The notes below the pieces were generated by a model. It was not told the origin of the DNA. It worked only from the letters and a program-made list of their open reading frames with translations, and made no database searches. Below, piece after piece: positions 28,138 to 37,968 of a stretch of DNA of 64,000 nt. The translations under genes and the position numbers were made by a program. This DNA comes from an uncultured Alphaproteobacteria bacterium. GTDB taxonomy: Bacteria > Pseudomonadota > Alphaproteobacteria > HIMB59 > GCA-002718135. Within the stretch, counting starts at the first letter, position 1; every line of letters begins with the position of its first letter. Location: positions 7,251 through 71,250 of the forward strand of contig CABXEZ010000003.1 of assembly GCA_902511405.1 (NCBI GenBank), written 5' to 3'.

Positions 28138-28279
28138 ATTAAACCTTTTTTAGGGATTTATTCATAACTTAATTTAATAGAGTTATAAATTTTTTGCAAG
28201 AGGGCTATATTTACATACTAGTCTATATTAATATTAATTAGTCTAATAGATTAGTATCTAAAAAAGTTTATAAACAATT

Positions 28280-29815
28280 ATGGTTTTGGAAAAATTAAAT
28301 ATACTCTCAAGAAAAAGTGATCTTGCTGTGATTCAAGCTCGTGAATTTGGACAAATTTTATCATCTAATTTTCCATCTATAAAATTGCATTATATTACAA
28401 AAAGTACATCAGGGGATAAAGATCTAAAAACACCTTTATCAGAAATGCCAACTGAAGGTGTATTTACTGATGATTTAAGAGATGAATTAATTAAAAAAAA
28501 TTGTGATATCATAATTCATTCTTGGAAAGATTTACCTTTGGATGTTGGAAGTGATACTGAAGTTGCTATTACTTTAGATCGAGCTGATGAAAGAGATTTA
28601 TTATTTATAAAAAAAAATAGTACTAAAAAAATTAATCAAAAAAATTCAATTTCTATCTTCTCATCTTCACCTAGAAGACAGTATAATTTAGAAAATTTTA
28701 TTAAAAGCTATTTACCATTTAAAATTAAAAATATAAAATTTGAAAATATAAGAGGTAATATACTTACGAGATTTAAAAAATTTACAGAGGGTAATGTCGA
28801 TGGCTTTGTTGTCGCAAAAGCTGCAATTGATAGACTTCTTAATGCAGATCAACATTATTTTCCTGATACTAAAAAAAACTTACTTTCATACATTAATGAA
28901 TGTTTATGGAGTGTAATACCGCTCTCTATAAACCCATCATCACCAGGTCAAGGGGCATTAGCAGTTGAGATACGAACCGAAGATACTGATTTAAAAAAAA
29001 TTTTGTCTAAAATAAATAATATAGTAGATTACAAAAATGTAACTCTTGAAAGAGACGAGCTTCAAAAATACGGAGGTGGTTGTCATCAAAAAATTGGAGT
29101 ATCCTATAAAAATACCCATTTTGGAAAAGTTAAATTTAGTAAAGGGGAAAAAGATGATGGATCCTCATTTTACGAAAAAACTATTTATGAAAATAATAAT
29201 CCCCCTTATGTGAAACCAACATCTATCATTGAGATATTTCCTGAACATCTGAGTGATTATAATTTCTTTAAAAGAAAAGTAATTGAGAGTAGTGTTAAAG
29301 AATTATCTCAAACAAAAGATAAGTGTATTTGGGTTTCAAGACAAAGTGCTTTGCCTCAAGGTGCAAGTATAGATAAATCTAATATTATTTGGGTCAGCGG
29401 ATTAGAAACATGGAAAAATATTGCAGAAAGAGGAATATGGGTAAATGGCTCTGCAGATGGTTTAGGTGAAGATATAGATCCTAAAACTAAATCTTTAACA
29501 AACAATGAATGGATAAAGTTAACACATTTAGATGCACCAGTTTCAAGAATAAAAAATGTTATTCATACGTATGAATTAGAAAAAAATGAAATTTCTTTAA
29601 ATTTTGAAAATAAAAACTACTTTTATTGGATGAGTTCAAGCGCATTTAAGTATGCAGTTACTAAATATCCAAATATACTAAATAAATTTCACTTTTGTGG
29701 CCCAGGGAATACGTATAATGAGATAAAAAAAATATTGGGTAATGACTCTAAGAATTTAACTATAGAACTTTCGTACAAGGAGTGGAAAAATAACATTCTT
29801 CCTTCAATTGATTAA
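28280..29815 (+). CDS. hemC: hydroxymethylbilane synthase with C-terminal uroporphyrinogen-III-synthase-like extension (apparent HemC-HemD fusion)
   Basis: 511 aa versus ~310 for HemC. The N-terminal ~300 aa carry 'HSWKDLP', 'SSSPRRQ', 'IRGNILTRF', 'PGQGALAVE' and the cofactor-Cys block 'GGGCHQKIG'. The last ~200 aa resemble the HEM4 fold ('YFYWMSSSAF...FHFCGPGNTYNEI'). Confidence 0.75.
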   Translation: MVLEKLNILSRKSDLAVIQAREFGQILSSNFPSIKLHYITKSTSGDKDLKTPLSEMPTEGVFTDDLRDELIKKNCDIIIHSWKDLPLDVGSDTEVAITLDRADERDLLFIKKNSTKKINQKNSISIFSSSPRRQYNLENFIKSYLPFKIKNIKFENIRGNILTRFKKFTEGNVDGFVVAKAAIDRLLNADQHYFPDTKKNLLSYINECLWSVIPLSINPSSPGQGALAVEIRTEDTDLKKILSKINNIVDYKNVTLERDELQKYGGGCHQKIGVSYKNTHFGKVKFSKGEKDDGSSFYEKTIYENNNPPYVKPTSIIEIFPEHLSDYNFFKRKVIESSVKELSQTKDKCIWVSRQSALPQGASIDKSNIIWVSGLETWKNIAERGIWVNGSADGLGEDIDPKTKSLTNNEWIKLTHLDAPVSRIKNVIHTYELEKNEISLNFENKNYFYWMSSSAFKYAVTKYPNILNKFHFCGPGNTYNEIKKILGNDSKNLTIELSYKEWKNNILPSID

Positions 29816-30813
29816 TGTCTAATAATAAATTTTATAATGCATTAAATAAAATACCTCAATCAACACCACCAATATGGTTTATGCGTCAAGCAGGAAGATA
29901 TCATTCGCATTATCAGCAACTTAAACTTAAATATACTTTTGAAGAATTGTGTAAAAATGCTGAACTAGCTGCGGAAGTCGCCTGCGGGCCAGTTGAAGAA
30001 TTTGATTTTGATGTTGCGATACTTTTTAGTGATATATTATTTGTCTTAGAAGGTCTTGGTTTAGAATTAGAATTTAACCCTGGGCCTGTATTTAAAGAAG
30101 AATTAAATCCAGAGAATTACAAAAAATTTAATGATATTGATAGAGCTATTGATCATATGACTTTTCAAAGTAATGCAATTAAATTTACAAGACAAAAACT
30201 TGCTAAAGATAAAAGTCTTATTGGATTTGTTGGAGGTTTATGGACTATTTTGCGATTTGCCACGGGACAAAATATAGAAAAGAAAAATTTTCAAAATTTT
30301 TATATAGATTTTATGGAAACAACTCTTCTTGAAGTATTAAAGAGAAATATTAGATTGCAGCTGGATGCTGGAGCAGAAGTAGTTATGATGTTTGATAGCG
30401 GGATATCGTCTTTAGATAATAATTTTTTTAGAGGAAAGTATCAGCTTCTTTTAAAAGATATATCTAATTCATTTCCTAATAAAGTTGGTTATTATGTTAG
30501 AGGTAAAAACTATAATGAAATTTCTTATCTATCAGATCTTCCTTTTGCTGGAATTGGTGTAGATAACGGCGTTGACTTGCAAAATATTTTTTTGAATTCT
30601 AAATTTGGTTTCATTCAAGGTAATTTTAATGAAAAGCATCTATTGCTTGACTCAAAAGAGCTGGAGAATAAATTACATATATTTTCAGAAAATATAAAAA
30701 ATATAGGAGATTTAAATGGATGGGTTTGTGGCTTAGGTCATGGTATTAACAAGGTAACTCCTGAAAAAAATGTACATTTATTTATAGAAACAATAAGAAA
30801 AAAATTTGGTTAA
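29815..30813 (+). CDS. hemE: uroporphyrinogen decarboxylase
   Basis: 332 aa. 'PPIWFMRQAGRY' and 'DVAILFSDIL' signatures. Confidence 0.9.
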   Translation: MSNNKFYNALNKIPQSTPPIWFMRQAGRYHSHYQQLKLKYTFEELCKNAELAAEVACGPVEEFDFDVAILFSDILFVLEGLGLELEFNPGPVFKEELNPENYKKFNDIDRAIDHMTFQSNAIKFTRQKLAKDKSLIGFVGGLWTILRFATGQNIEKKNFQNFYIDFMETTLLEVLKRNIRLQLDAGAEVVMMFDSGISSLDNNFFRGKYQLLLKDISNSFPNKVGYYVRGKNYNEISYLSDLPFAGIGVDNGVDLQNIFLNSKFGFIQGNFNEKHLLLDSKELENKLHIFSENIKNIGDLNGWVCGLGHGINKVTPEKNVHLFIETIRKKFG

Positions 30814-30818
30814 ACAAT

Positions 30819-31844
30819 ATGAAATATTTTGGTGAAAAAAATTATGAACATGGTAGCAAGGACAAAACAGGAGTATTGATTACAAACCTGGGGACACCTG
30901 ATGCGCCAAACGCTAAATCACTTAAAATATATTTAAATCAGTTTCTATCAGATCCAAGAGTAATAGAAATTCCAAAAATAATATGGCAAATAATTTTAAA
31001 ACTAATTATTTTACAAATTAGACCAAGAAAATCTGCTGCTAATTATAAAAAAATTTGGACAGATAAAGGTTCTCCACTTTTAGATATTTCGCAGAGACAA
31101 TTAGACGGAGTAAAAAAAATAATATTAGACAAATATCCAAATGTTGAATTTGCACTTGGAATGCGTTATGGCAATCCGTCTATTGAAAAGGCCTTAAAAG
31201 ATTTGCAAAAAAAACAAGTAAGACGACTACTAGTTTTACCTTTATACCCCCAATATTGTGCAGCCACAACAGCCAGCACATTTGATGAAGTAACCAATAC
31301 TTTACAAAAATGGAGATGGATTCCAGAATTACGTTTTATTAATCAATATTTTGAAGAAGAAAAATATATTGAAACTTTAGCATCTTCTATTGAAGACTTT
31401 TGGGGGAAAAATGGTAAGCCGCAAAAAATAGTTTTTAGCTACCATGGCATTCCTAAAAGATATTTAACTAATGGCGATCCATATCACTGCTTTTGTCTAA
31501 AGACTACTAGGTTAGTTAAAGAAAAAATGAGACTAAACGATGATCAAATTATGACAACTTTTCAAAGTAGATTTGGAAGAGAGGAGTGGTTACAACCTTA
31601 TACAAGTGAAACATTAAAAGAACTACCTAGGAAAGGCATAAAAGATATTCATATTATATCCCCTGGCTTCAGTGCAGATTGCCTTGAAACACTTGAAGAG
31701 CTTGAGGAAGAAAATAGAGAATATTTTATTGAAGCTGGTGGTGAAAAATACAAATATATTCCTTGTCTAAATGATAATAAAGATCATTTACATTTTATTG
31801 CGCATCTAATTACAAAAAACACTCAAGGTTGGAATAAAGAATGA
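30819..31844 (+). CDS. hemH: ferrochelatase
   Basis: 341 aa. 'GVLITNLGTPDAP...YLNQFLSDPRVIE', 'LPLYPQY' and 'SYHGIP'. Confidence 0.9.
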   Translation: MKYFGEKNYEHGSKDKTGVLITNLGTPDAPNAKSLKIYLNQFLSDPRVIEIPKIIWQIILKLIILQIRPRKSAANYKKIWTDKGSPLLDISQRQLDGVKKIILDKYPNVEFALGMRYGNPSIEKALKDLQKKQVRRLLVLPLYPQYCAATTASTFDEVTNTLQKWRWIPELRFINQYFEEEKYIETLASSIEDFWGKNGKPQKIVFSYHGIPKRYLTNGDPYHCFCLKTTRLVKEKMRLNDDQIMTTFQSRFGREEWLQPYTSETLKELPRKGIKDIHIISPGFSADCLETLEELEEENREYFIEAGGEKYKYIPCLNDNKDHLHFIAHLITKNTQGWNKE

Positions 31845-32644
31845 AAGATCAAAATTTTAATAAAGCAAAAAATTGGTTTGAAAATCTGCGTAATCAATTA
31901 ATCAAAACTGTTTCTGATATTGATGGATTGGAGTTTGCTGAAACTGAATGGAAACATCGCCATGAGGGTGGGGGGACAATGGCTAAAATTAAAGGAAAAG
32001 TTATTGAAAAAGGAGGCATAAATGTTTCAACAGTATCTGGAAAATTTAATGCTGAAATGCAAGCTCGAATACCAGGTACTAAAACTGATCCAAGATATCA
32101 AGCTACAGGAATAAGTGTAGTGCTTCATCCATTATCTCCTAAAATTCCATCAATGCATTTTAACACTCGTTTTTTAATGACAACTGAAAATTGGTTTGGT
32201 GGAGGAATGGATATAACACCTTGTTTAGAATTTAATCCTCTTGATGAGTATCACGATGGTTTAAAAAATATTTGTAATAAATATAATGCAAATAAATATA
32301 AAGAATTCAAAAAATGGTGTGATGACTATTTTTATCTTCCACATCGAAATGAACCACGAGGAGCAGGTGGTATTTTTTTTGATTATTTAAAGAATAATTG
32401 GGATAATGATTTTGAATTTATTATTGAGATTGGAAAATATTTTCATGATTTTGTTAAAAAAACTCTTTTAGATTTTAAAAATGAAAAATGGAGTGATAGT
32501 GATAAAAACAAACAACTCATTAAAAGAAGTCGTTACGCAGAATTTAATTTATTACACGATAGAGGCACAAAATTTGGATTAGAAACTGGAGGGAACATTG
32601 ATGCTATATTAATGTCTATGCCACCTTTAGCTAAATGGGATTAA
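31841..32644 (+). CDS. hemF: oxygen-dependent coproporphyrinogen III oxidase
   Basis: 267 aa. 'HEGGGTMAKIKG..IEKGGINVS', 'SVVLHP.SP..PS.HFN.RF' and 'RGAGGIFFD'. Confidence 0.88.
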   Translation: MKDQNFNKAKNWFENLRNQLIKTVSDIDGLEFAETEWKHRHEGGGTMAKIKGKVIEKGGINVSTVSGKFNAEMQARIPGTKTDPRYQATGISVVLHPLSPKIPSMHFNTRFLMTTENWFGGGMDITPCLEFNPLDEYHDGLKNICNKYNANKYKEFKKWCDDYFYLPHRNEPRGAGGIFFDYLKNNWDNDFEFIIEIGKYFHDFVKKTLLDFKNEKWSDSDKNKQLIKRSRYAEFNLLHDRGTKFGLETGGNIDAILMSMPPLAKWD

Positions 32645-33169
32645 TTACATTTTAAATATAACTTCCCCAAATTTTTCTACTTCACCCCAATCTGTAAATT
32701 CATAACTTTTAGAAGTATCTGTTGGTCCTTTTGTTAACCACATTATAAATTTAATAATATACTTATCAAAAAATCTATATGAAGGATAATCTACTTTACC
32801 GGCGAATACTCCAACATTAGTAGGTTCCCAATCTGTTTGCTTCATAAACTTAATCACATATGGATTTGTATATGGAGTGTTTTTTTCTTGTTTTCTTGCA
32901 ACAACATTGACTGAAAAAAAAGCTGTTTTTGTTTTATTTAAAATATTGATATTTTTTTTAATGAAATTTATAATATTCGGATTATGTTTGCCGTATCTAA
33001 TACTTGCCCCAATTATAATTTTTTTATAAATTTTTAAATCTTCTTTAATTGCTTCATCCAGTGAGCATAATTTTGCGTCATCTTTAAAGCTTTTCTCAAT
33101 CAGTTTATTGCAAATTTTAGTTGTTTGACCATCAGTCGTGGAATAAATAATTAGTGTTTCAGTCATTTG
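32645..33169 (-). CDS. hemG: flavodoxin-like protoporphyrinogen oxidase
   Basis: 'MTETLIIYSTTDGQTTKI' is the typical HemG N-terminus, so the start is probably 33169 rather than 33220. Its stop abuts the hemF stop with zero spacer. Confidence 0.8.
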   Translation of the reverse strand, partial: QMTETLIIYSTTDGQTTKICNKLIEKSFKDDAKLCSLDEAIKEDLKIYKKIIIGASIRYGKHNPNIINFIKKNINILNKTKTAFFSVNVVARKQEKNTPYTNPYVIKFMKQTDWEPTNVGVFAGKVDYPSYRFFDKYIIKFIMWLTKGPTDTSKSYEFTDWGEVEKFGEVIFKM

Positions 33170-33243
33170 ATTAAAAAAATAAATACACCTATAAAGATAA
33201 TAATTAATCTTTAAAAACAATTTTTATTACCTAAATTATCTTT

Positions 33244-33639
33244 ATGGCTCAAAAAGAATATAAGTTTGCTGGACTAAATATGCAGTCTATCTCTATTTTG
33301 TATGGTATATTTCTTATATTGTGGGGGTTGCTAGTGAATTATATCAGTTCTAGCTCATCTTATACTTCTTTAATACCATCAATTATGGGTTTACCTATTT
33401 TATTCTTTTCACTTTTGTCAGTATTGTTTGCTACTAAAATAAAAATAATGATGCATATTGTTGTGTTTTTCGGACTTTTGATTGCATTTGGTGGATTAGA
33501 TGTATTTAGAAGTTTTTTTTCAGGTAATTTCCTTAATTTGTTTTGGGCTGATTTATCAAAAATAATGATGTTAATAACAGGTACATTTTTTACATTTCTC
33601 TGTATTCAATCTTTCAGGTTTGCAAGAAGGAATAAATAA
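33244..33639 (+). CDS. hypothetical integral membrane protein
   Basis: 131 aa, four hydrophobic helices, no recognisable motif. Confidence 0.5.
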   Translation: MAQKEYKFAGLNMQSISILYGIFLILWGLLVNYISSSSSYTSLIPSIMGLPILFFSLLSVLFATKIKIMMHIVVFFGLLIAFGGLDVFRSFFSGNFLNLFWADLSKIMMLITGTFFTFLCIQSFRFARRNK

Positions 33640-34290
33640 TTATTTTTTTGTAATTATTTTTTTCTTTCTTTTAGGATTACAAGCCTTACATATTTCACAT
33701 TCAAGACCATAACAATATCTTGCTTGACAGAATTCTCTTCCATAAAATATTATTTGAAGATGTAATTTATTCCATGATTTTTCTGGAAAAAGAATTTTTA
33801 GATCTTTCTCAGTTTGAATAACATTTTTACCATTTGTTAGTCCCCACCGTTGAGCAAGTCTATGTATGTGTGTATCGACAGGAAAGGCTGGATGGCCAAA
33901 TCCTTGTGACATAACTACACTTGCAGTTTTATGACCAACGCCTGGTAATTTTTCTAGTTCTTCAAAACTCTCCGGAACTCTACCTTTGAATTTTTTTACT
34001 AGTATTTTTGACAGCTCATAAATAGCTTTTGATTTCTGCGGAGCTAGGCCGCATGGACGAATAATTTTGTAAATAGTATTCTTAGAAATATTGATCATTT
34101 TCTTAGCTGTATTTGCTTTTTTAAATAATATTGGTGTCACTTGATTGACTCGTTCATCCGTACACTGAGCACTCAATAATACTGCAATAACTAATTCAAA
34201 TTTATTTCTATGTTTCAGAGGAATGGGAACTCTTTTATAAATTCTATTTAATATTTTATGGGCTATATTTGCTTTTTTAGATCTTTTCAC
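33640..34290 (-). CDS. nth: endonuclease III
   Basis: 216 aa. HhH-GPD 'LPGVGHKTASVV', 'VDTHIHR', and a C-terminal 4-Cys cluster 'CQARYCYGLECEICKAC'. Confidence 0.9.
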   Translation of the reverse strand: MKRSKKANIAHKILNRIYKRVPIPLKHRNKFELVIAVLLSAQCTDERVNQVTPILFKKANTAKKMINISKNTIYKIIRPCGLAPQKSKAIYELSKILVKKFKGRVPESFEELEKLPGVGHKTASVVMSQGFGHPAFPVDTHIHRLAQRWGLTNGKNVIQTEKDLKILFPEKSWNKLHLQIIFYGREFCQARYCYGLECEICKACNPKRKKKIITKK

Positions 34291-34437
34291 AGTGTATATA
34301 ATCCTTCTAAAATACTATCACTTTTTAGTAATACAAAAATATATGAGAAAATATAGCATATATTCAAACTAATAATATTGAATATTTTTAATGAAGTAGT
34401 AAGAGTTCAGTATCAAATTTCTATGGAGGAAATAAAA

Positions 34438-36012
34438 ATGAAAAAATTAATTAATATTCTTTTGGTATTGGTTATGTCAGGTTTTGTTTCAACTTCATTT
34501 GCCGCTTCATTAAAGTGGTCAATGCCAGGTGATTCACTAACCTTAGATCCACATGCGCAAAATGAGGGACCTACGCATATGGTTTCTCGACAAGTTTATG
34601 AAGGACTAGTTACTCCAGGTATTAATATGGAGATACTTCCACAACTTGCTGAGTCATGGGAAACAACTGCTGATGATACGTGGGTATTTAACATTCGTAA
34701 GGGTGTAAAATTTCATGACGGATCATCTTTAACTGCTAGTGATATTGCTTTTAGTATCAATAGAGCCAAAACAGCTCCATCTGATATGGTAGATTTAATC
34801 AAGAGCATTAAATCAGCATCCGCTATTGACGATCACACAGTTCAAATAAAAACAGATGGACCAAATCCAATTCTTTTAAACCAATTAACTCAAATTTTTG
34901 TAATGTCTGAAGATTGGGCAAAGGCAAATGGTTGTGAAGTTTCATATAATTGGGATGCAGGAGAAACATCTTATTGTGCTTCTAATGCTAATGGTTCTGG
35001 ACCTTTTAAAATTACATTTAGAGAACAAGATGTCAGAACTGTTTTTGAAAAGAATGATGATTGGTGGGGTGATGATAGTACATTCAATGTAGATAAAGTT
35101 GAGTTACTTCCTATTAAAAATGATGCAACTAGAGTTGCGGCACTTTTATCTGGAGAAATCGATTATACCAATGTTGTGCCAGTTCAAGATATAGCAAGAA
35201 TTAAATCTTCTTCTTCGCATGATGTTAAAATGACTCCTCAAAATAGAACAATATTTTTTGGTATGGACCAGGGTTCGGCTGAATTAAATTCATCTAATAT
35301 TAAAGGAAAAAATCCTTTTGCAGATAAAAGAGTTCGTTTAGCCATGTACCATGCTTTAGATATGGATGCTATTAAGGACAAGGTAATGAGAGGACAAAGT
35401 GTTCCTGCGGGAATTATTACTGCTCCTGGTGTCAACGGTCATACAGCAGAACGTGATCAAAGAATGCCTTATGATCCTGAGATGTCAAAAAAACTATTGG
35501 CAGAAGCTGGATACCCAGATGGTTTTGAGCTTACATTAGATTGTCCTAATGATCGTTATATTAATGATGAGGCAATTTGTGTAGCTGCCATTGGTATGTT
35601 TGCAAAAATAGGTGTTAAGGTAAATCTTGATGCTAAAACTAAAAGTCAGCATTTCTCTGAAGTTAAAGAAGGTGATGCAAATGGTATGACAAGTGATATG
35701 TATATGTTAGGTTGGGGAGTTCCAACTTTTGACAGTCATTATGTCTATTCATACTTATTTGATAGTGCTGGTAGCTGGAATAAAGTAAATTTCAGTAATG
35801 CTAGAGTTGATGAATTAGTTGCAGCTATGGGTGTTGAAACAGATTTGGATAAAAGAAATGCTATGATTGCAGAAGCTTGGGACATTACTCAAGATGATGT
35901 AACTTATCTTCCTTTACATCACCAAGTTGTTAACCAAGCATCTAAAAGTAATGTCGATGTTCCAATTAGAATGAACAATGAACCATTATTTAGGTTTGCT
36001 AACGTAAACTAA
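34438..36012 (+). CDS. ABC transporter substrate-binding protein, family 5 (peptide/opine/nickel type)
   Basis: ATG 34438 is preceded by GGAGGA and gives the signal peptide 'MKKLINILLVLVMSGFVSTSFA'. The TTG 34378 extension in the track is unlikely. SBP_bac_5-like length, and more GC-rich than neighbours. Confidence 0.85.
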   Translation: MKKLINILLVLVMSGFVSTSFAASLKWSMPGDSLTLDPHAQNEGPTHMVSRQVYEGLVTPGINMEILPQLAESWETTADDTWVFNIRKGVKFHDGSSLTASDIAFSINRAKTAPSDMVDLIKSIKSASAIDDHTVQIKTDGPNPILLNQLTQIFVMSEDWAKANGCEVSYNWDAGETSYCASNANGSGPFKITFREQDVRTVFEKNDDWWGDDSTFNVDKVELLPIKNDATRVAALLSGEIDYTNVVPVQDIARIKSSSSHDVKMTPQNRTIFFGMDQGSAELNSSNIKGKNPFADKRVRLAMYHALDMDAIKDKVMRGQSVPAGIITAPGVNGHTAERDQRMPYDPEMSKKLLAEAGYPDGFELTLDCPNDRYINDEAICVAAIGMFAKIGVKVNLDAKTKSQHFSEVKEGDANGMTSDMYMLGWGVPTFDSHYVYSYLFDSAGSWNKVNFSNARVDELVAAMGVETDLDKRNAMIAEAWDITQDDVTYLPLHHQVVNQASKSNVDVPIRMNNEPLFRFANVN

Positions 36013-36027
36013 ATTAACTTTTAAATC

Positions 36028-36054
36028 TCTGGCCAGTGTAAAACACTGGCCAGA
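36028..36054 (+). terminator. perfect 11-bp intercistronic stem-loop after the binding-protein gene (attenuator or mRNA stabiliser; no T tract)
   Basis: TCTGGCCAGTG (36028-36038), loop TAAAA, CACTGGCCAGA (36044-36054). Confidence 0.55.
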
Positions 36055-36064
36055 TTATCTCATA

Positions 36065-37042
36065 ATGATTAGCTATTTTTTCAAAAGATTATTACAATCT
36101 ATTCTTGTTATGATTGTTGTTGCCTTTGTTTCATTTTCATTATTCAATTTCGTTGGTGATCCTGTCAATAGTATGACAGGTGAGGATGCTTCAGATGAAA
36201 GAAGAGCTGAAGTAAGAGAGGTATTAGGATTAAATGATCCTGTATATATTCAATTTGCACGATTTTTAGGTAATATAGTACAAGGTAATTTTGGTATTTC
36301 TTATCAATTAAAAAGGGAAGTTTCAGATTTAATAGGTGAAAGATTACCCGCTACTCTTGAACTAGTTTTTGTCTCAGCAATGCTAGCAATTATTACAGGT
36401 ACCATTTTAGGCGTCTACACAGGAATTAACAGAGATAGTTTTATATCAAATATTATACTTGTAGTCTCATTAGCTGGAGTATCACTTCCAACATTTATTA
36501 TTGGGATATTGTTGATCTATTTATTTTCAGTTATTTTAGGAGTTCTGCCTTCTTTTGGAAGAGGTGATGTCACTGATTTAGGTTTTTGGACAACAGGTTT
36601 TTTAACTATGTCTGGTATAAAAGCTCTTATACTTCCATCAATTACATTAAGTTTATTTCAAATGACTTATGTTATCAGACTTGTAAGAGCAGAAATGATG
36701 GAAATTTTACAAACTGATTATATTAAATTTGCAAGAGCCAGAGGAATTAAAAATAATATTATCAATTATAAACATGCGCTTAAAAACGGTTTAATTCCAG
36801 TAATTACAATTACAGGTATTAATATTGGAACATTGATTGCATTTTCTATAATCACAGAAACAGTTTTTCAATGGCCAGGTATGGGATCATTATTTATTAA
36901 TGCTGTATACTTTGTCGATATACCCATCATGTCCGCATATATGATTATGGTTGCTTTTATTTTTGTAATGATAAATTTTATAGTTGATATTACTTATTAT
37001 TTTATCGATCCAAGAATTAGACTTAAGGAAGAAAGCAATTAA
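36065..37042 (+). CDS. ABC transporter permease (DppB/OppB-like)
   Basis: 325 aa. N-terminus 'FFKRLLQSILVMIVVAFVSF' and the 'YIKFARARG' EAA-loop region. Confidence 0.88.
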   Translation: MISYFFKRLLQSILVMIVVAFVSFSLFNFVGDPVNSMTGEDASDERRAEVREVLGLNDPVYIQFARFLGNIVQGNFGISYQLKREVSDLIGERLPATLELVFVSAMLAIITGTILGVYTGINRDSFISNIILVVSLAGVSLPTFIIGILLIYLFSVILGVLPSFGRGDVTDLGFWTTGFLTMSGIKALILPSITLSLFQMTYVIRLVRAEMMEILQTDYIKFARARGIKNNIINYKHALKNGLIPVITITGINIGTLIAFSIITETVFQWPGMGSLFINAVYFVDIPIMSAYMIMVAFIFVMINFIVDITYYFIDPRIRLKEESN

Positions 37043-37044
37043 TT

Positions 37045-37968
37045 ATGATTAAGCAAACTTTTAATAAAATTTATGATACTGATATAGGTTACAGTTTCTT
37101 TAATTCAAAAATTGCTATTATTTCATCCAGTATTTTTTTTATAATTTTTCTTTGCTCTTTTTTTGCCGGAATAGTTGCTCCTTATAATCCTTTTGATCCT
37201 GCAAGCGTTTCTTTGATGGATGCTTTTACCCCTCCTATATGGTCAGAGGGAGGAAGTGCAAGTTTTTTTCTAGGAACTGATCAGCAGGGACGGGATATGT
37301 TTTCTACAATGATATATGGCTCAAGAATTTCTCTGATTGTTGGTTTTGCTTCAATTTTTTTTGCTATGATACTAGGAGTCTTTTTAGGAGTCACAGCAGG
37401 ATATATAGGTGGCAGGTACGAAATAATTGTAATGCGTATTACCGATATACAATTAACAATCCCAACTATTTTGATGGCTTTATTAGTAGATGGAATAGCT
37501 AGGGCAATAATTTCGCGATCTATGCATGATGAGATGGCTATATATGTTTTAATTTTTGCGATTGGTATTTCTGAATGGCCTCAGTTTGCTAGAGTCACCA
37601 GAGCATCAACTCTCGTTGAAAAAAACAAAGAGTATGTTTCTGCATCTAGGATCATTGGATTACCTAATATAATAATAATGTTTAAACATATATTACCTAA
37701 TATTCTTAGACCTATACTTGTAATTGCAACCATTGGTTTAGCTTTAGCTATCATTACAGAATCTACATTGAGTTTTTTAGGAGTTGGGGTACCACCTACA
37801 ACACCATCTTTAGGAACACTTATTAGATTTGGAAATAATTTTTTATTTTCTGGTGAGTGGTGGATAACCTTTTTCCCTGCAATTTTCCTTGTAGTCTTAG
37901 CTTTATCTATTAATCTTTTAGGTGATTGGATGAGAGACGCACTAAACCCAAAATTAAAAAAGAGATGA
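37045..37968 (+). CDS. ABC transporter permease (DppC/OppC-like)
   Basis: 307 aa. 'FLGTDQQGRDMFS' is typical of DppC/OppC. Confidence 0.88.
   Translation: MIKQTFNKIYDTDIGYSFFNSKIAIISSSIFFIIFLCSFFAGIVAPYNPFDPASVSLMDAFTPPIWSEGGSASFFLGTDQQGRDMFSTMIYGSRISLIVGFASIFFAMILGVFLGVTAGYIGGRYEIIVMRITDIQLTIPTILMALLVDGIARAIISRSMHDEMAIYVLIFAIGISEWPQFARVTRASTLVEKNKEYVSASRIIGLPNIIIMFKHILPNILRPILVIATIGLALAIITESTLSFLGVGVPPTTPSLGTLIRFGNNFLFSGEWWITFFPAIFLVVLALSINLLGDWMRDALNPKLKKR

Noticed and set aside
28226-28237. ATTAATATTAAT palindrome, considered as a Fur or Irr (ICE) box
   Set aside because: It does not match the Fur 19-mer (GATAATGATAATCATTATC) beyond AT-richness, nor the TTTAGAA-N3-TTCTAAA Irr box. It is kept only as part of a low-confidence repeat observation.
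34378-34437. 5' extensions of track ORFs: 34378 TTG, 6638 TTG, 37926, 12160, 14249, 33220, 46425 and 43036
   Set aside because: Internal ATG codons give proper signal peptides or family-typical N-termini. They have Shine-Dalgarno-like GGAGG motifs or ATGA/TAATG coupling to the previous gene. The extensions would overlap upstream genes or add non-homologous residues.
34291-34437. 147-nt leader upstream of the family-5 binding protein, considered as a riboswitch
   Set aside because: I could not recognise any conserved riboswitch core (glycine, TPP, SAM, cobalamin etc.). The region is nearly pure A/T with no stable helices visible by eye. A covariance-model scan (Rfam/Infernal) would be needed to revisit this.
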